Source: Planctomycetota bacterium
Lineage (GTDB): Bacteria > Planctomycetota > SZUA-567 > H5-PLA8
Reading direction: 5' to 3'
Length of the DNA stretch: 35,047 nt
NCBI GenBank assembly: GCA_045863855.1
Contig: BTVV01000060.1
Span: 1 to 35,047 of the forward strand
A model generated the notes under the pieces. That model was not told the DNA's origin and did no database searches. It saw nothing but the letters and a program-made list of their open reading frames with translations. The position numbers and the translations under genes were made by a program. Positions 9,141 to 19,275 of the stretch are shown here, piece after piece. Position 1 is the stretch's first letter, and every line of letters starts with the position of its first letter.

Positions 9141-9563
9141 ATGAACAGCTTTTTCGGAAACCTGGATGTGAGCCTCTCCGCGATGCGCGCGGAACGCCGG
9201 CGGATGGACGCGGTGATGAGCAACATCGCGCACGCTTCGACGACGCGCACACCGGACGGCGGCCCTTACCGGCGCAAGGAAGTGGTCTTCTCGGAGATGC
9301 TGGATGCGCAGGGCGGGAATGCCGAACACGGCCTGGGCGTGCAGGTCACCGAGATGGTTCAGTCGCAGGATCCGTTCGTACGCGTGCACCAACCCGGGCA
9401 TCCGGATGCGGACGCCGACGGGTACGTGCTGTATCCGAACGTGAAGCCTGCGGAGGAGATGGTGGATCTGATGGCATCGTCGCGCAGCTACGAAGCGAAC
9501 GTGACGGCCTTCCGTATCGCGCGGGAAATGTTCCAGCGCTCGCTCGAAATGGGCCGCGCGTAA
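9141..9563 (+). CDS. flgC: Flagellar proximal rod protein FlgC
   Basis: NIAHASTTRTPDGGPYRRK, PGHPDADADGYVLYPNV, ASSRSYEAN. Confidence 0.96.
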   Translation: MNSFFGNLDVSLSAMRAERRRMDAVMSNIAHASTTRTPDGGPYRRKEVVFSEMLDAQGGNAEHGLGVQVTEMVQSQDPFVRVHQPGHPDADADGYVLYPNVKPAEEMVDLMASSRSYEANVTAFRIAREMFQRSLEMGRA

Positions 9564-9587
9564 GCGTAAACGACCGGGAGTCCGTTC

Positions 9588-9908
9588 ATGTCCACGCTAC
9601 CTCCTTCCCTGCCCGGCTACACCGACGGCCCAAGCCGAATCACGGGCCCCGGCCCCGCCGCGCCGGGCGGCAAAGCCGAAGGCGCGGACGGCGGCTTTGC
9701 GAGCGTGCTGTCGGACGCGCTGAACCACGTGGACGCGATGCAGACGAAAGCGGATGCGGCGATCGAGAAGGTCGCAACGGGCGAGATGCAGGACGTTCAC
9801 TCGGCCATGATCGCCTTCGAACAGGCGCGGCTGAGCATGCAGATGCTGGTCGAAGTCCGGAACAAGCTGGTGGAGGCGTACCAGGACATCACGCGCATGC
9901 CGCTGTAG
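9588..9908 (+). CDS. fliE: Hook-basal body protein FliE
   Basis: DVHSAMIAFEQARLSMQMLVEVRNKLVEAYQDITRM. Confidence 0.95.
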   Translation: MSTLPPSLPGYTDGPSRITGPGPAAPGGKAEGADGGFASVLSDALNHVDAMQTKADAAIEKVATGEMQDVHSAMIAFEQARLSMQMLVEVRNKLVEAYQDITRMPL

Positions 9909-9966
9909 CGCGCATCCCGCGTATCCATCCGCCCCATGATCGATGAGTTGCCAGTCGGGAGGTTTT

Positions 9967-11553
9967 ATGAGCGCCGGCGGAACTGGATTCTTCACTCAAC
10001 TGCTGGGCGGCACGCGCGAAGTATGGAGCAAGCTGAGCGTGCCTCAGCGCGTAACCCTGGGCATGTTTTTCGGTACAGCCGTGCTGCTGGTGCTGCTCGT
10101 TTCGTTCTGGTCCAACCGCCCCGACTTCGTGCCCGTGACGTCGAACCTTTCGCCGGAGGAATCGGCGGAAGCTTCGGCGAAGCTGCGTGACGCGCAGATC
10201 CCTTTTCGCTACGAAACGAGCCGCGGCACGCTGAGCGTGCCTTCGGGACGGCTCGACGATGCGCGCGGCGTCCTGGCCGAGCTGGGACTTTCCTCGCGAG
10301 GCGCGAAGGGCGAGGGCTTCGAACTCTTCGACCGCAACACGTTTGGGATGACGGAGTTTGAGCAGCGCGTCAATTACTTGCGCGCGCTACAGGGTTCGCT
10401 GGAACGCAAGATCAAGGCGATGGACGGGATCGAAGACGCGCACGTCACGCTGACACTGCCGAAGGACGAACTGTTCGTGCGCGACCGGCAGGCGCCCAAG
10501 GCTTCGGTGGAAGTGCGGCTGCGGCGCATGACGAGCATGAACGGCGGCCACGTGGCGGCAATCCGGCACTTGGTCGCTTCGGCGGTTCCGCAACTGACGC
10601 CGCAGAACGTGGCGGTGATGGACCACGAGGGCCGGATGCTCGCGCGCTTCCAGGACGCGAACGATCCGTCGATTCAGGCCTCGGAGCACCTGGAGGCGCG
10701 GATCAAGGCCGAAAGCTACCTGAAAGAGAAAGTGGAAGAGCTGCTGGGCCACGCGCTGGGGCCGGCACGCGCAGGCGTGCAGGTGGCGGTGGAAATGAAC
10801 TTCGAGGAAGTCGAACGGCGCACGCAGCGGATGAACCCGGACTCGGGCGTGATCTTGGACGAGTCGATCCAGAGCAACGACAGCCAAAATGGAAGCGGCG
10901 GCGGGACGGGTGGCGCACCTGGCGTGCGGGCGAACTCGCCTACTGAAGGCGGAGCCAGCGCGCCTCCGCAGAACTCGCAGGTAAAGCGCGAGAAGACGGT
11001 TTCGAACAAGTACCACTACGACACGGTGACGGAAACGACCAAGCAGCAGGTGGGCGCGGTGCGCCGGATGGGCGTGGCGGTGCTGGTGCGGCCGCGCGTG
11101 ACGGGCGAGGGCGCCGAGCGGAAATACGAGACGCTCTCGAAGGCCGAACTGGACAGCTTGGCGGAAGCGATCAAGAACGCGGTGGGTTTCAGCGCTAAGC
11201 GCGGCGACACGGTGACGGTGGAGAACGCTCCGTCGGTCGCCGGCCCGGACTTGGCGCTGCCGGTCTTGCCGCCGGCGATGCCGCCGGAAGGCCTGAGCGA
11301 ATGGACGCGGCTGTGGCCGGACGTGAGCACGGGCCTGGCAATCCTAATCGTGGCCTTCGTGTTCTGGCGCGCGATGAAGAAGCTTTCGGCGCCGGCTCCA
11401 GACTTCAGCGTGACGGTAGGCGACCCGGTATCGCCGCAGTCGCAGATGGCCGCCACGGGCGCCCAGGGACCGGACGGCGCGAAGGTTCAGGACCTGATCA
11501 GCCAGAATACGGCGCAGGCGACCGAAATTATCCGCTCGCTGCTGCAGAAATAA
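9967..11553 (+). CDS. fliF: MS-ring protein FliF
   Basis: Two TM segments, GFELFD..FGMTEFEQRVNYLRALQGSL, ASAVPQL, GAPGVRAN, AVGFSAKRGD. ATG 9967 follows GGGAGG. Confidence 0.96.
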   Translation: MSAGGTGFFTQLLGGTREVWSKLSVPQRVTLGMFFGTAVLLVLLVSFWSNRPDFVPVTSNLSPEESAEASAKLRDAQIPFRYETSRGTLSVPSGRLDDARGVLAELGLSSRGAKGEGFELFDRNTFGMTEFEQRVNYLRALQGSLERKIKAMDGIEDAHVTLTLPKDELFVRDRQAPKASVEVRLRRMTSMNGGHVAAIRHLVASAVPQLTPQNVAVMDHEGRMLARFQDANDPSIQASEHLEARIKAESYLKEKVEELLGHALGPARAGVQVAVEMNFEEVERRTQRMNPDSGVILDESIQSNDSQNGSGGGTGGAPGVRANSPTEGGASAPPQNSQVKREKTVSNKYHYDTVTETTKQQVGAVRRMGVAVLVRPRVTGEGAERKYETLSKAELDSLAEAIKNAVGFSAKRGDTVTVENAPSVAGPDLALPVLPPAMPPEGLSEWTRLWPDVSTGLAILIVAFVFWRAMKKLSAPAPDFSVTVGDPVSPQSQMAATGAQGPDGAKVQDLISQNTAQATEIIRSLLQK

Positions 11554-11577
11554 TACGCTCTCCCGAGGTGCCGAACC

Positions 11578-12621
11578 GTGGCCGCCAAAACACTCGAGTC
11601 TCCGTCTCAATTCACCTCCACCGAAGACCTGTCGGGTCCGCAGAAAGCGGCGATCCTGATCATGTCGATGGGCGCCGAGGCGGCGGCGGCGATCTTCCGG
11701 CAACTCCAGGACGAAGAGGTCGAACGCCTGACCGCGCTGATCACCGAGGTCTCGGAAGTGCCCGTGGCGGTTCGGAAACTGGTGCTTCAGGAGTTTCGAG
11801 AAAAGCTGGCGACCGGCGACGGTCAGGAAGGCTTCCGGCTCGAGAGCATGCTCAGCCGCGTACTGGGGAAGGAAAAGGCTGAAGAGATTCTGGACAAGGC
11901 CAGCACGTACAAGAGCCGGCACGAGCTGTTCGGATTCATGGCGCAGGTGGAGCCGAACCAACTCGCGGCGTTGATGCGCACCGAACGGCCTCAGTTGATC
12001 GCACTGGTCCTGGCGCACCTGAAGCCGTCGATGGCGGCGGAGGTGCTGAAAAGCCTTTCGGAAGATTTGCAGTCCGAGGTGGTGGAGCGGATCGCGAAGA
12101 TGGACCGCGTTTCGCCGACCGTGGTGCAGCGGGTGGAAGCGTTCCTGCGCGAGCAGCTCGTGCAAGCGGCGCACGCGAAGCCGACGAGCGTGGGCGGCGT
12201 AAAGACGATCGCAGACATACTGAACCTCACCGACAAGGACACGGAAAAGCGCATATTGAAGGACCTCGAAGAGCGCAGCGAGTCGATGGTGGAAGACGTG
12301 CGCCGGCTGATGTTGATCTTCGAGGACCTGAGCCGCCTTCCGGACACGGGGATGCAGGCGATTTTGCGCGAGGTGGATATGGGCCAGATGGCGCTTGCGC
12401 TGAAGGGCGCCTCGGACGGCATGAAGGGCCTGGTCTTCCGCAATCTTTCGAAGCGCGCGACGGAGCGAATGCAGGAAGAGATCGAGCTGATGGGCCCGAA
12501 GATGCGCAGCGAAGTCAACGAAGCGCAGCAGAAGGTATTGGCGGTGGCGCGCAAGCTGGAAGACGAAGGCAAACTCAGCCTGCGCAAGGGCGGCGATTCG
12601 TCCAATGAACTCATCGAATAA
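11578..12621 (+). CDS. fliG: Rotor/switch protein FliG
   Basis: LSGPQKAAIL, ERPQLIA, GG linker, IFEDL, NLSKRA..EEIELMGP torque helix. Confidence 0.96.
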   Translation: MAAKTLESPSQFTSTEDLSGPQKAAILIMSMGAEAAAAIFRQLQDEEVERLTALITEVSEVPVAVRKLVLQEFREKLATGDGQEGFRLESMLSRVLGKEKAEEILDKASTYKSRHELFGFMAQVEPNQLAALMRTERPQLIALVLAHLKPSMAAEVLKSLSEDLQSEVVERIAKMDRVSPTVVQRVEAFLREQLVQAAHAKPTSVGGVKTIADILNLTDKDTEKRILKDLEERSESMVEDVRRLMLIFEDLSRLPDTGMQAILREVDMGQMALALKGASDGMKGLVFRNLSKRATERMQEEIELMGPKMRSEVNEAQQKVLAVARKLEDEGKLSLRKGGDSSNELIE

Positions 12622-13267
12622 CAGCGCTCGGCTGGTCCGCGTGGGCCGGGTGCTTCGCGACGTGAAACCGGTGAACGAGCCGGTGCGATCTGCGCCGCAG
12701 ACGGCCGCCGCCCCCGCTCGCAGCGCGACGACGGCGCCGGGCGCCACAGACGATACGCAGCGCCGCGGCTACGAAGAGGGCTTGGCTCGCGGGCAGGCTC
12801 AAGCGGCGGAAGTCCTGCGCTTGCTGGAACAGATCTCGGTGCAATACCGCGAGTCCCTGAGCGATCTGCAACGCAGCATAAACGAGCAGGTGGTGCCGCT
12901 GGCGCTGGCGATCGCGCAAAAGCTGCTGGGCCGGGAGCTAAACGACCCGGCAGCGATCCGCGGGCTGATCCAGCGCGCAGTCGCAGAACTCCCGCGGCCG
13001 ACGGCGGTTCGGGTGAACCTCAACCCACTGGATCTGGCGGTGCTTGAGGCGCACAAGGGCTGGCTGCAGCAGCATCGCGAAAATCTTCCGGAAGACATGA
13101 TTTTATGCGCCGATCCTTCGCTTCGGCGCGGCGGTTGCCAGATCGAAAGCCCGGCAGGCAACGTGGACGCGCGGCTGGAAACGCAATTGGCGCTGATCGA
13201 GCAAGCGTTGCGGACGTTGGACGATTCGGGGGCGGCGGATGATGACGCACATGCAGCCCAGCCTTGA
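12605..13267 (+). CDS. fliH: Export assembly protein FliH
   Basis: GYEEGLARG glycine repeats, VNLNPLDL, DPSLRRGGCQIES..VDARLETQ; located between fliG and fliI. Confidence 0.9.
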   Translation: MNSSNNSARLVRVGRVLRDVKPVNEPVRSAPQTAAAPARSATTAPGATDDTQRRGYEEGLARGQAQAAEVLRLLEQISVQYRESLSDLQRSINEQVVPLALAIAQKLLGRELNDPAAIRGLIQRAVAELPRPTAVRVNLNPLDLAVLEAHKGWLQQHRENLPEDMILCADPSLRRGGCQIESPAGNVDARLETQLALIEQALRTLDDSGAADDDAHAAQP

Positions 13268-14564
13268 CGACCGGCTCAAGCGGCTGCGCGACACGCGCAC
13301 GCTGCTGAGCACCGGACGCGTCGCACAAGTGATCGGCTTAACCATCGAAGGCCAAGGTCCCAGCGCGGCGCTGGGCGAGTTGTGCCAGGTTCATCTCGAC
13401 CCGCGGAACACGCGCCCAGCGGTGGTGGTCGGCTTTCGCGAGGACCGCGTTTTGTTGATGCCGCTGGGGGAGCTGGAAGGCATCTGCCCCGGCATGGAGA
13501 TCAGCGCATCGGGCCGCCCGCTTTCGATTCATCTGACACCGCGGCTGCGCGGCCGAGTGGTGGACGGGCTGGGCCAACCGCTGGACGAACTGGGCCGATT
13601 GGGCACGGGCGAGATGCGCTCGCTGGCGGCGAACCCGCCCGATCCGCTGCGCCGCCCGCGCGTGAAGGACGTGATCCCGCTGGGCGTGCGCGCAGTAGAC
13701 GGATTGATGACCTGCGGTCGCGGACAGCGCATCGGGATCTTCGGCGGAAGCGGCGTGGGCAAGAGCACGCTGTTGGGCATGTTCGCGCGCTACGCGAAGG
13801 CGGATTTGAATGTGATCGCGCTGATCGGCGAGCGCGGCCGCGAAGTGCGGGATTTCATCGAGCGCGACCTGGGCCCGGAGGGCTTGGCGCGTTCGGTGGT
13901 GGTGGTGGTGACGAGCGACCAGCCGGCGCTAATGCGCGTGAAGGGCGCGCTGACGGCCGCGACGATCGCCGAGTACTTCCGCGATCAGGGCTTGGACGTG
14001 CTGATGATGATGGATTCGGTGACGCGCTTCTGCACGGCGCAGCGCGAGATCGGACTGGCGGTGGGTGAGCCGCCGACGACGCGCGGGTACACGCCTTCGG
14101 TCTTCGCGCTGCTGCCCAAGCTGCTGGAGCGTTCGGGTAATTCGGAGCGCGGTTCGATCACGGGGCTGTACACCGTGCTGGTGGAAGGCGACGACATGAA
14201 CGAGCCGGTGGCGGACGCCGTTCGTTCGATCCTCGACGGGCATATCGTGCTGAGCCGGACGCTGGCCGGCGCGAATCACTATCCGGCCATCGACGTACTG
14301 CACAGCCAGAGCCGGACGTTCGGCGACATCACGACGCCGGAGCATCGCGCGGCGGCGGCGAACGTGCGCGACCTGATGGCGGTGCACGAACAGGTCCGCG
14401 ATCTTGTGCAGGTAGGCGCTTACGTCAAAGGAAGCAACCCGAAGGCGGATTTGGCGTTGAGCATCTGGCCGAAGATCCAAGGCCTCCTGCGGCAGGACGC
14501 GAACGACCTGACTTCCTTCGATCAGGTGGTGGCGCGGTTGCGGGAACTACCGAAAGCCCCTTGA
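13239..14564 (+). CDS. fliI: Flagellar export ATPase FliI
   Basis: GQRIGIFGGSGVGKS, LIGERGREV, MMDSVTRF, GEPPTTRGY, LDGHIVLSR. Confidence 0.97.
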   Translation: MMTHMQPSLDDRLKRLRDTRTLLSTGRVAQVIGLTIEGQGPSAALGELCQVHLDPRNTRPAVVVGFREDRVLLMPLGELEGICPGMEISASGRPLSIHLTPRLRGRVVDGLGQPLDELGRLGTGEMRSLAANPPDPLRRPRVKDVIPLGVRAVDGLMTCGRGQRIGIFGGSGVGKSTLLGMFARYAKADLNVIALIGERGREVRDFIERDLGPEGLARSVVVVVTSDQPALMRVKGALTAATIAEYFRDQGLDVLMMMDSVTRFCTAQREIGLAVGEPPTTRGYTPSVFALLPKLLERSGNSERGSITGLYTVLVEGDDMNEPVADAVRSILDGHIVLSRTLAGANHYPAIDVLHSQSRTFGDITTPEHRAAAANVRDLMAVHEQVRDLVQVGAYVKGSNPKADLALSIWPKIQGLLRQDANDLTSFDQVVARLRELPKAP

Positions 14565-14580
14565 GAGCTGAGCCGCGCGC

Positions 14581-15030
14581 ATGAAAAGCTTCGCGTTCCG
14601 CCTCGAATCGCTGCTGAAGCTGCGCGTGCAGGAAGAACAGGCCGGCCAACTTGACTTCGCCGAAGCGCGGCGCGAAGAAGCGCGCGCGGAAGCCGAAGCG
14701 CACCGAATCGAAGCGCAGCTCACGGACCTCGACCGGGCGTGGTCGTTGCAGGTGCAGGAAGCGCGCATCGACGCGACGGAACTGGTGCGCTTCGACGCGT
14801 ACCGGAGCATGCTGCGGGAACGATCGGCCGCGGCCCAGGCGGAATGGCGCAAGCGCCGGGACGCGGCCCTCGAAGCTTCCCGAAACCTGGAAGGCGCGAT
14901 GCAGAAGCGCAAAGTCCTCGAGAAACTGAAAGAGCGCCGCTACTCGGCTTGGCAGCAAGAAGCAGCTCAACGCGCGCAAGCCGAGTTGGATGAACTGGGA
15001 GCGCGCCGCCACGGCCGCAAGGAGTCCTAA
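14581..15030 (+). CDS. fliJ: Flagellar export protein FliJ
   Basis: FAFRLESLLKLR N-terminus, coiled coil, KVLEKLKER..ELDE; follows fliI. Confidence 0.92.
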   Translation: MKSFAFRLESLLKLRVQEEQAGQLDFAEARREEARAEAEAHRIEAQLTDLDRAWSLQVQEARIDATELVRFDAYRSMLRERSAAAQAEWRKRRDAALEASRNLEGAMQKRKVLEKLKERRYSAWQQEAAQRAQAELDELGARRHGRKES

Positions 15031-15723
15031 ATGCTTACCGATCGCCTTCTCCGAGCCCGCAGGATTCGACGCGCTCCGCGCGGACAGGTCTTGTTCGGCG
15101 CGCTGCTCTTCGCGGCGGGGATCGTGCTGGGGGCCCTGGCGCTGGGTGGCGCACGGATGGCGGGTTTCGATCCGCTGGCGCGGCACGCCCCGGATGCGAA
15201 GCCCGAGCCGGTAAAGGTGGAGGCGGATCCCAGCGCACTGCAGGAGCCCAGCCAAACGGAAGTCGAGAAGATGATTCAAGAGCTGCAAGAATTGCAGGCA
15301 CGGACGGAAAGCGACCGGCAAAAAACGATGCTGGAACAAAGCCGCGTCGCACAAGAGCGTTCGGCCTTGGAGGTGATGCGCCAGCAGATCGACGCGGCTC
15401 AAAAGCAGTTGGATGCGAAGGCAGCCGAGTTGCAGGCGGCGAGTTCGGCCTCGGAACAGCAGAACCTCAAGCGCCTGGCCAAGATGTGGGCCGGTATGAC
15501 GCCCGCGGCGGTTTACGGCGTGGCGAAGGAACTCGGTGAGGTGACCACGGCGCGCATTCTGTTCGCGATGAGCGACAAGCAAGTCGCGCCGGTTCTGGAA
15601 GCCTTTGCCGCACAGGGCGAAGCTGGCACCCGCCTTGCTACCTCGGTGACCAATCGGCTGCGAACGTTCATTCCCGCCGGCCAAAGCGAAGCAGCACCTT
15701 CGGAAACCGGGTCGAACCCATGA
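15031..15723 (+). CDS. MotE/YlxF/FlbB-like membrane-anchored coiled-coil protein
   Basis: One TM helix, long coiled coil, C-terminal MgtE_N-like LKRLAKMWAGMTPAA...ARILFAMSDKQVAPVL; sits in the fliJ-fliK slot. Confidence 0.8.
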   Translation: MLTDRLLRARRIRRAPRGQVLFGALLFAAGIVLGALALGGARMAGFDPLARHAPDAKPEPVKVEADPSALQEPSQTEVEKMIQELQELQARTESDRQKTMLEQSRVAQERSALEVMRQQIDAAQKQLDAKAAELQAASSASEQQNLKRLAKMWAGMTPAAVYGVAKELGEVTTARILFAMSDKQVAPVLEAFAAQGEAGTRLATSVTNRLRTFIPAGQSEAAPSETGSNP

Positions 15724-16958
15724 TGCCTTTACCAGCTCTTCCGTCCGGCGACTTTCAGCCCGCGCAGTCCGGCGCGCCGCGTTCCCAGGAACGTACTCCG
15801 CGCGGAGACGGTGGGTTCAAATCAGGCGCCGACGTGGCGTCCTCCCGCTGCGATGCGCCGCGAGAAACGCGCGAGCTGCGCGAAGGCGCCGAGGCCGAAG
15901 ATGCCGCCCGCAAGTCTGGGGAGCCTTCCGAAGTCCCCTTCGCGGCGATGCTGCAAAGCATCGTCGCCACGCCCAAGCTTCCCGTTGCGCCGCCGGTCGC
16001 GTTGAATTTCGAGATCGAAGCATCCGCCGAACTGGGTGAAGCGGAAGCGGCGGCGTTCGCGGATCGAGCCGGCGGCGAGCTTGCCGAAGGCCGCGCACGC
16101 AGCGCGGTTCCGGCGCTGGCGGCGGCGGAACTGAGCGTACTGGCGCAGACTCCCAAAGGGTGGCAGGAGACTTGGCTTCCGCTGGCCTTGGACGGCGCCG
16201 TAGCGGAAGCGCGGCCGCCAAAAGCCTCGTTGACCGCAAGCGCAGTCCAGCCGCAAGCGCCGGCGACGACGAACGGATTCAAAGCGAGCGAAGGGTCCGC
16301 GGCGATTCTTCCGGCGAGCCCGGAACCGACGCTCCCCGAAGGCAAAATCGAGGCAGCGGTTTCCGAACGTGCGCAGGTCTTGCCGGGCGCGTCTGCCGAG
16401 AAGAGCGCCGTGCTTGCCGCAAGGATGGCCGCGGACGGAGACGACGCGCAGCTTGATGTAGAAATTTCCCCCGATAGCCGCGCGGCGGAAACGCGCTCGC
16501 TGCGCGACGCTTCGAGCGTGCGTGAAGCGCGCCCAGCCACTCGTCCCACTCCAGAAGCCGCGGCCGAGCAAATCGGCGAAGCGTCTCGGCAGGCGTGGAC
16601 GCAAGGGCACAAGACCATCGAGTTGGAGTTGAAGCCGCCGGGTTTGGGACTGGTGCGGCTGAAGCTATCGGGCGATTTCACGCCCGGCGGCGCGCAGGGC
16701 CTGCGCATCGAGATCCACGCCGCTCAGCCGGAAGCTCGGCAATGGCTTTCGGCGCATGCTTCCGAACTGCGCGACGGACTTGCGGCATGGGATGTGCGGT
16801 TACAGCGCTTGGCCGAACCGGCGCAGAGCACGCCGGAGCAAAGCTGGAAGCGCCAGGATGGCCAGCACTCGCAGGGACGGCACGACGGGCAGGGCTCGCG
16901 GCAGCGACAAGGGCGCGGCGATGAGCGCGCGGAACGCTTCCGCGACCTGCTGGGCTAA
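15720..16958 (+). CDS. fliK: Hook-length control protein FliK
   Basis: Ala/Pro-rich low-complexity body, C-terminal LELKPPGLGLVRL..LRDGLAAWDV domain, Q/G-rich tail; precedes flgD. Confidence 0.85.
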   Translation: MMPLPALPSGDFQPAQSGAPRSQERTPRGDGGFKSGADVASSRCDAPRETRELREGAEAEDAARKSGEPSEVPFAAMLQSIVATPKLPVAPPVALNFEIEASAELGEAEAAAFADRAGGELAEGRARSAVPALAAAELSVLAQTPKGWQETWLPLALDGAVAEARPPKASLTASAVQPQAPATTNGFKASEGSAAILPASPEPTLPEGKIEAAVSERAQVLPGASAEKSAVLAARMAADGDDAQLDVEISPDSRAAETRSLRDASSVREARPATRPTPEAAAEQIGEASRQAWTQGHKTIELELKPPGLGLVRLKLSGDFTPGGAQGLRIEIHAAQPEARQWLSAHASELRDGLAAWDVRLQRLAEPAQSTPEQSWKRQDGQHSQGRHDGQGSRQRQGRGDERAERFRDLLG

Positions 16959-16991
16959 GGATTCGCAGTACGGCACCGAAGGAGAATTCAC

Positions 16992-17387
16992 GTGGTCAGC
17001 GCGGTGAGCGGCGGTTCGGGTTCGAAGACCGATTTCAACTTCTCGATCAAGACCGAGGAATTCCTGCATCTGCTGCTGACGGAATTGCAGAACCAGGATC
17101 CCTTGGAGCCGATGTCGAACAGCGAAATGATGGCTCAGGTTTCGGACCTGACGAGCTTGCAGATGACGACGGATCTGGGGACGAGCATTTCGGGCCTCTC
17201 GAACCAGAACAGCGTGCTCCTGGCGTCCAGCCTGCTGTCGCGGCAGGTGGAGTTCGTGGATGCGGCGGGGACGACGCAGACGGCCCGGGTGTCCGACGTG
17301 CGCGTGGGCCATGACCAGAAAGTGTTCCTGGGTCTGGAGAACGGAAGCACGATCGAACTGGGCAGCATCACGCGGCTCATGCAGTAA
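16992..17387 (+). CDS. flgD: Hook capping protein FlgD (short form)
   Basis: FLHLLLTELQNQDPLEPM; GTG start after AAGGAGA; 131 aa. Confidence 0.94.
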   Translation: MVSAVSGGSGSKTDFNFSIKTEEFLHLLLTELQNQDPLEPMSNSEMMAQVSDLTSLQMTTDLGTSISGLSNQNSVLLASSLLSRQVEFVDAAGTTQTARVSDVRVGHDQKVFLGLENGSTIELGSITRLMQ

Positions 17388-17436
17388 GCGCCGCGCCCTT
17401 CGGCGCAGCGCAGCGTACACGGGAAAGGAACCGTAC

Positions 17437-18312
17437 ATGATTCAGTCACTGTTCAGCGGCATTTCGGGCCTCAAGACGCACCAGCAATTGCTGAGCGTGG
17501 TCTCGAACAACCTGGCAAACGTGAACACGGTGGCGCACAAAGCCAGCCGCGCGCTGTTCCAGGATACGCTCTCGCAGGTCGTTCAGCCTCCGACGCAGTC
17601 GGGCCCGCTGGTGGCCGGCACGAACGGCATCCAGATCGGCCTGGGCGTGGGCCTCTCGTCGGTGACCAACCTGTTCACGCAGGGATCGCTGCAATCGACG
17701 GGCGTGAATACGGACTTGGCGATCGAAGGCTCGGGCTTCTTTGTGGTCCGCGACCCCACGGCTCCGGCAGGCGGCGGCGTGTACTACACCCGCGCCGGCG
17801 CGTTCTGGGTCGATGCGAACAACTACCTGGTGGATTCGAACGGCTACCGCATCCAGGGCTACCAGACGCCAGACCAATCGGCGCCGACGGTTCCCGCGGC
17901 CGGCGACCCGGTCCAAGACTTGGTCATCGCGCCGGACGCGACGCAAACCGGCAACATGGTTTCATTCTCGATCGAATCCTCGGGCCGCATCCTGATGCAG
18001 CTCGACGACGGCAGCGTGATTCCGGTGGCGTACATCGCGATGAACAACTTCACGAACGAAGAGGGGCTGTTGAAGGTGGGCCGCAACCTGTACCAGGAAA
18101 CGCCCGCGGCCAACCGGCTCTTCACGGGTTACCACCAGCCGGCGACCGACGGGATCGGCGCGATCCGCGCGGGGTTCCTGGAAATGTCGAACGTGGACCT
18201 GGGTACGGAGTTCACGGACATGATCCGCGCGCAGCGCGGCTTACAGGCGAACTCGCGGACGATCACGACGTCGGACGAGGTGCTGCAGGAACTGATCAAT
18301 CTGAAGCGCTAG
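17437..18312 (+). CDS. flgE: Flagellar hook protein FlgE (short, 291 aa)
   Basis: SLFSGISGL..NNLANVNT, GTNGIQIGLGV, DLAIEGSGFF, YYTRAGAF, LEMSNVDLGTEFTDMIRAQRGLQAN. Follows flgD; ATG after AAAGGA. Confidence 0.88.
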   Translation: MIQSLFSGISGLKTHQQLLSVVSNNLANVNTVAHKASRALFQDTLSQVVQPPTQSGPLVAGTNGIQIGLGVGLSSVTNLFTQGSLQSTGVNTDLAIEGSGFFVVRDPTAPAGGGVYYTRAGAFWVDANNYLVDSNGYRIQGYQTPDQSAPTVPAAGDPVQDLVIAPDATQTGNMVSFSIESSGRILMQLDDGSVIPVAYIAMNNFTNEEGLLKVGRNLYQETPAANRLFTGYHQPATDGIGAIRAGFLEMSNVDLGTEFTDMIRAQRGLQANSRTITTSDEVLQELINLKR

Positions 18313-18406
18313 CGGCGGCGGCCGCCGGAGCGGCCGGCGGGCATTCGAACGGGGCAGCGGTCCGGGCTTGAGCGCCCGGGCGGCATGACGGACGGGAAGC
18401 GCAACC

Positions 18407-19264
18407 GTGGTTATTCCAGGCATCATCTTCATGCTGGTCTGCGTGCTGACCGGCTATTCGATGTCCGGCGGGCAGATCGGCGCGATCCTGCACCCGGCCG
18501 AGTACATCACGATTCTGGGCGCGGCCGCGGGCACGGCGGTGATCATGGCGCCCATGAAGATCCTGAAGAAGATCATCGCGAGCGTGATCGGCGCCTTGAA
18601 GGGTGGTCACAAACTGGGCAAGGGCGCCTACATGGAACTGCTCACTTGCCTGTTCCAACTCTTCTCGCTGGCACGCAAACAGGGCTTGCTGGCGCTGGAA
18701 TCGCACGTCTCCGATCCGCACAAGAGCGACATCTTTTCCAAGTACCCCAAACTGATGAAGGACCATCACGCGCTGGAGTTCCTGGTCGAGTCGCTGCGCC
18801 TGATCATCGACGGCAGCGTGCAGGCCGACGAACTGGGCCAGCTGCTGGATACGTCTCTGGAGACTCATCACGCGGAATCGCACATGCCGATCAACGTGAT
18901 GACGCGCGTGGGCGACGGGTTGCCGGGCATCGGGATCGTCGGCGCGGTACTGGGGATCATCATTACGATGGGTGCGATCGACGGCCCGCCGTCGGAGGTG
19001 GGCCATAAGGTCGCGGCGGCGCTGGTGGGCACGTTCCTGGGCGTATTCTTCGCATACTGCCTGATCAATCCGATCATCGTCTCGATCGAGCAAGAGCACG
19101 CGGAGGAGGAGAAGTTCCTCGAGGTGATCAAGGTGGGACTCCTGAGTTTCGTAGGCGGCGCGACGCCCGGCACGGCGATCGAATACGCGCGCCGGAGCGT
19201 CTTCTCGTTCGACCGGCCCAGCGCCGAAGAGATCGATAAGGCCTGTAAAGCGGCGCGCGGATAA
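18407..19264 (+). CDS. motA: Stator protein MotA (E. coli-like H+ type)
   Basis: LHPAEYITI, ARKQGLLALE, LPGIGIVGAVLG, ALVGTFLGVFFAY. Confidence 0.96.
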   Translation: MVIPGIIFMLVCVLTGYSMSGGQIGAILHPAEYITILGAAAGTAVIMAPMKILKKIIASVIGALKGGHKLGKGAYMELLTCLFQLFSLARKQGLLALESHVSDPHKSDIFSKYPKLMKDHHALEFLVESLRLIIDGSVQADELGQLLDTSLETHHAESHMPINVMTRVGDGLPGIGIVGAVLGIIITMGAIDGPPSEVGHKVAAALVGTFLGVFFAYCLINPIIVSIEQEHAEEEKFLEVIKVGLLSFVGGATPGTAIEYARRSVFSFDRPSAEEIDKACKAARG

Positions 19265-19275
19265 GGATTGAGGCC

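Noticed and set aside
18322..18340. GC hairpin CCGCCGG-AGCGG-CCGGCGG between flgE and motA as a terminator
   Set aside because: No U-tract, and such stems are expected by chance at this GC content; at most an mRNA stability element.
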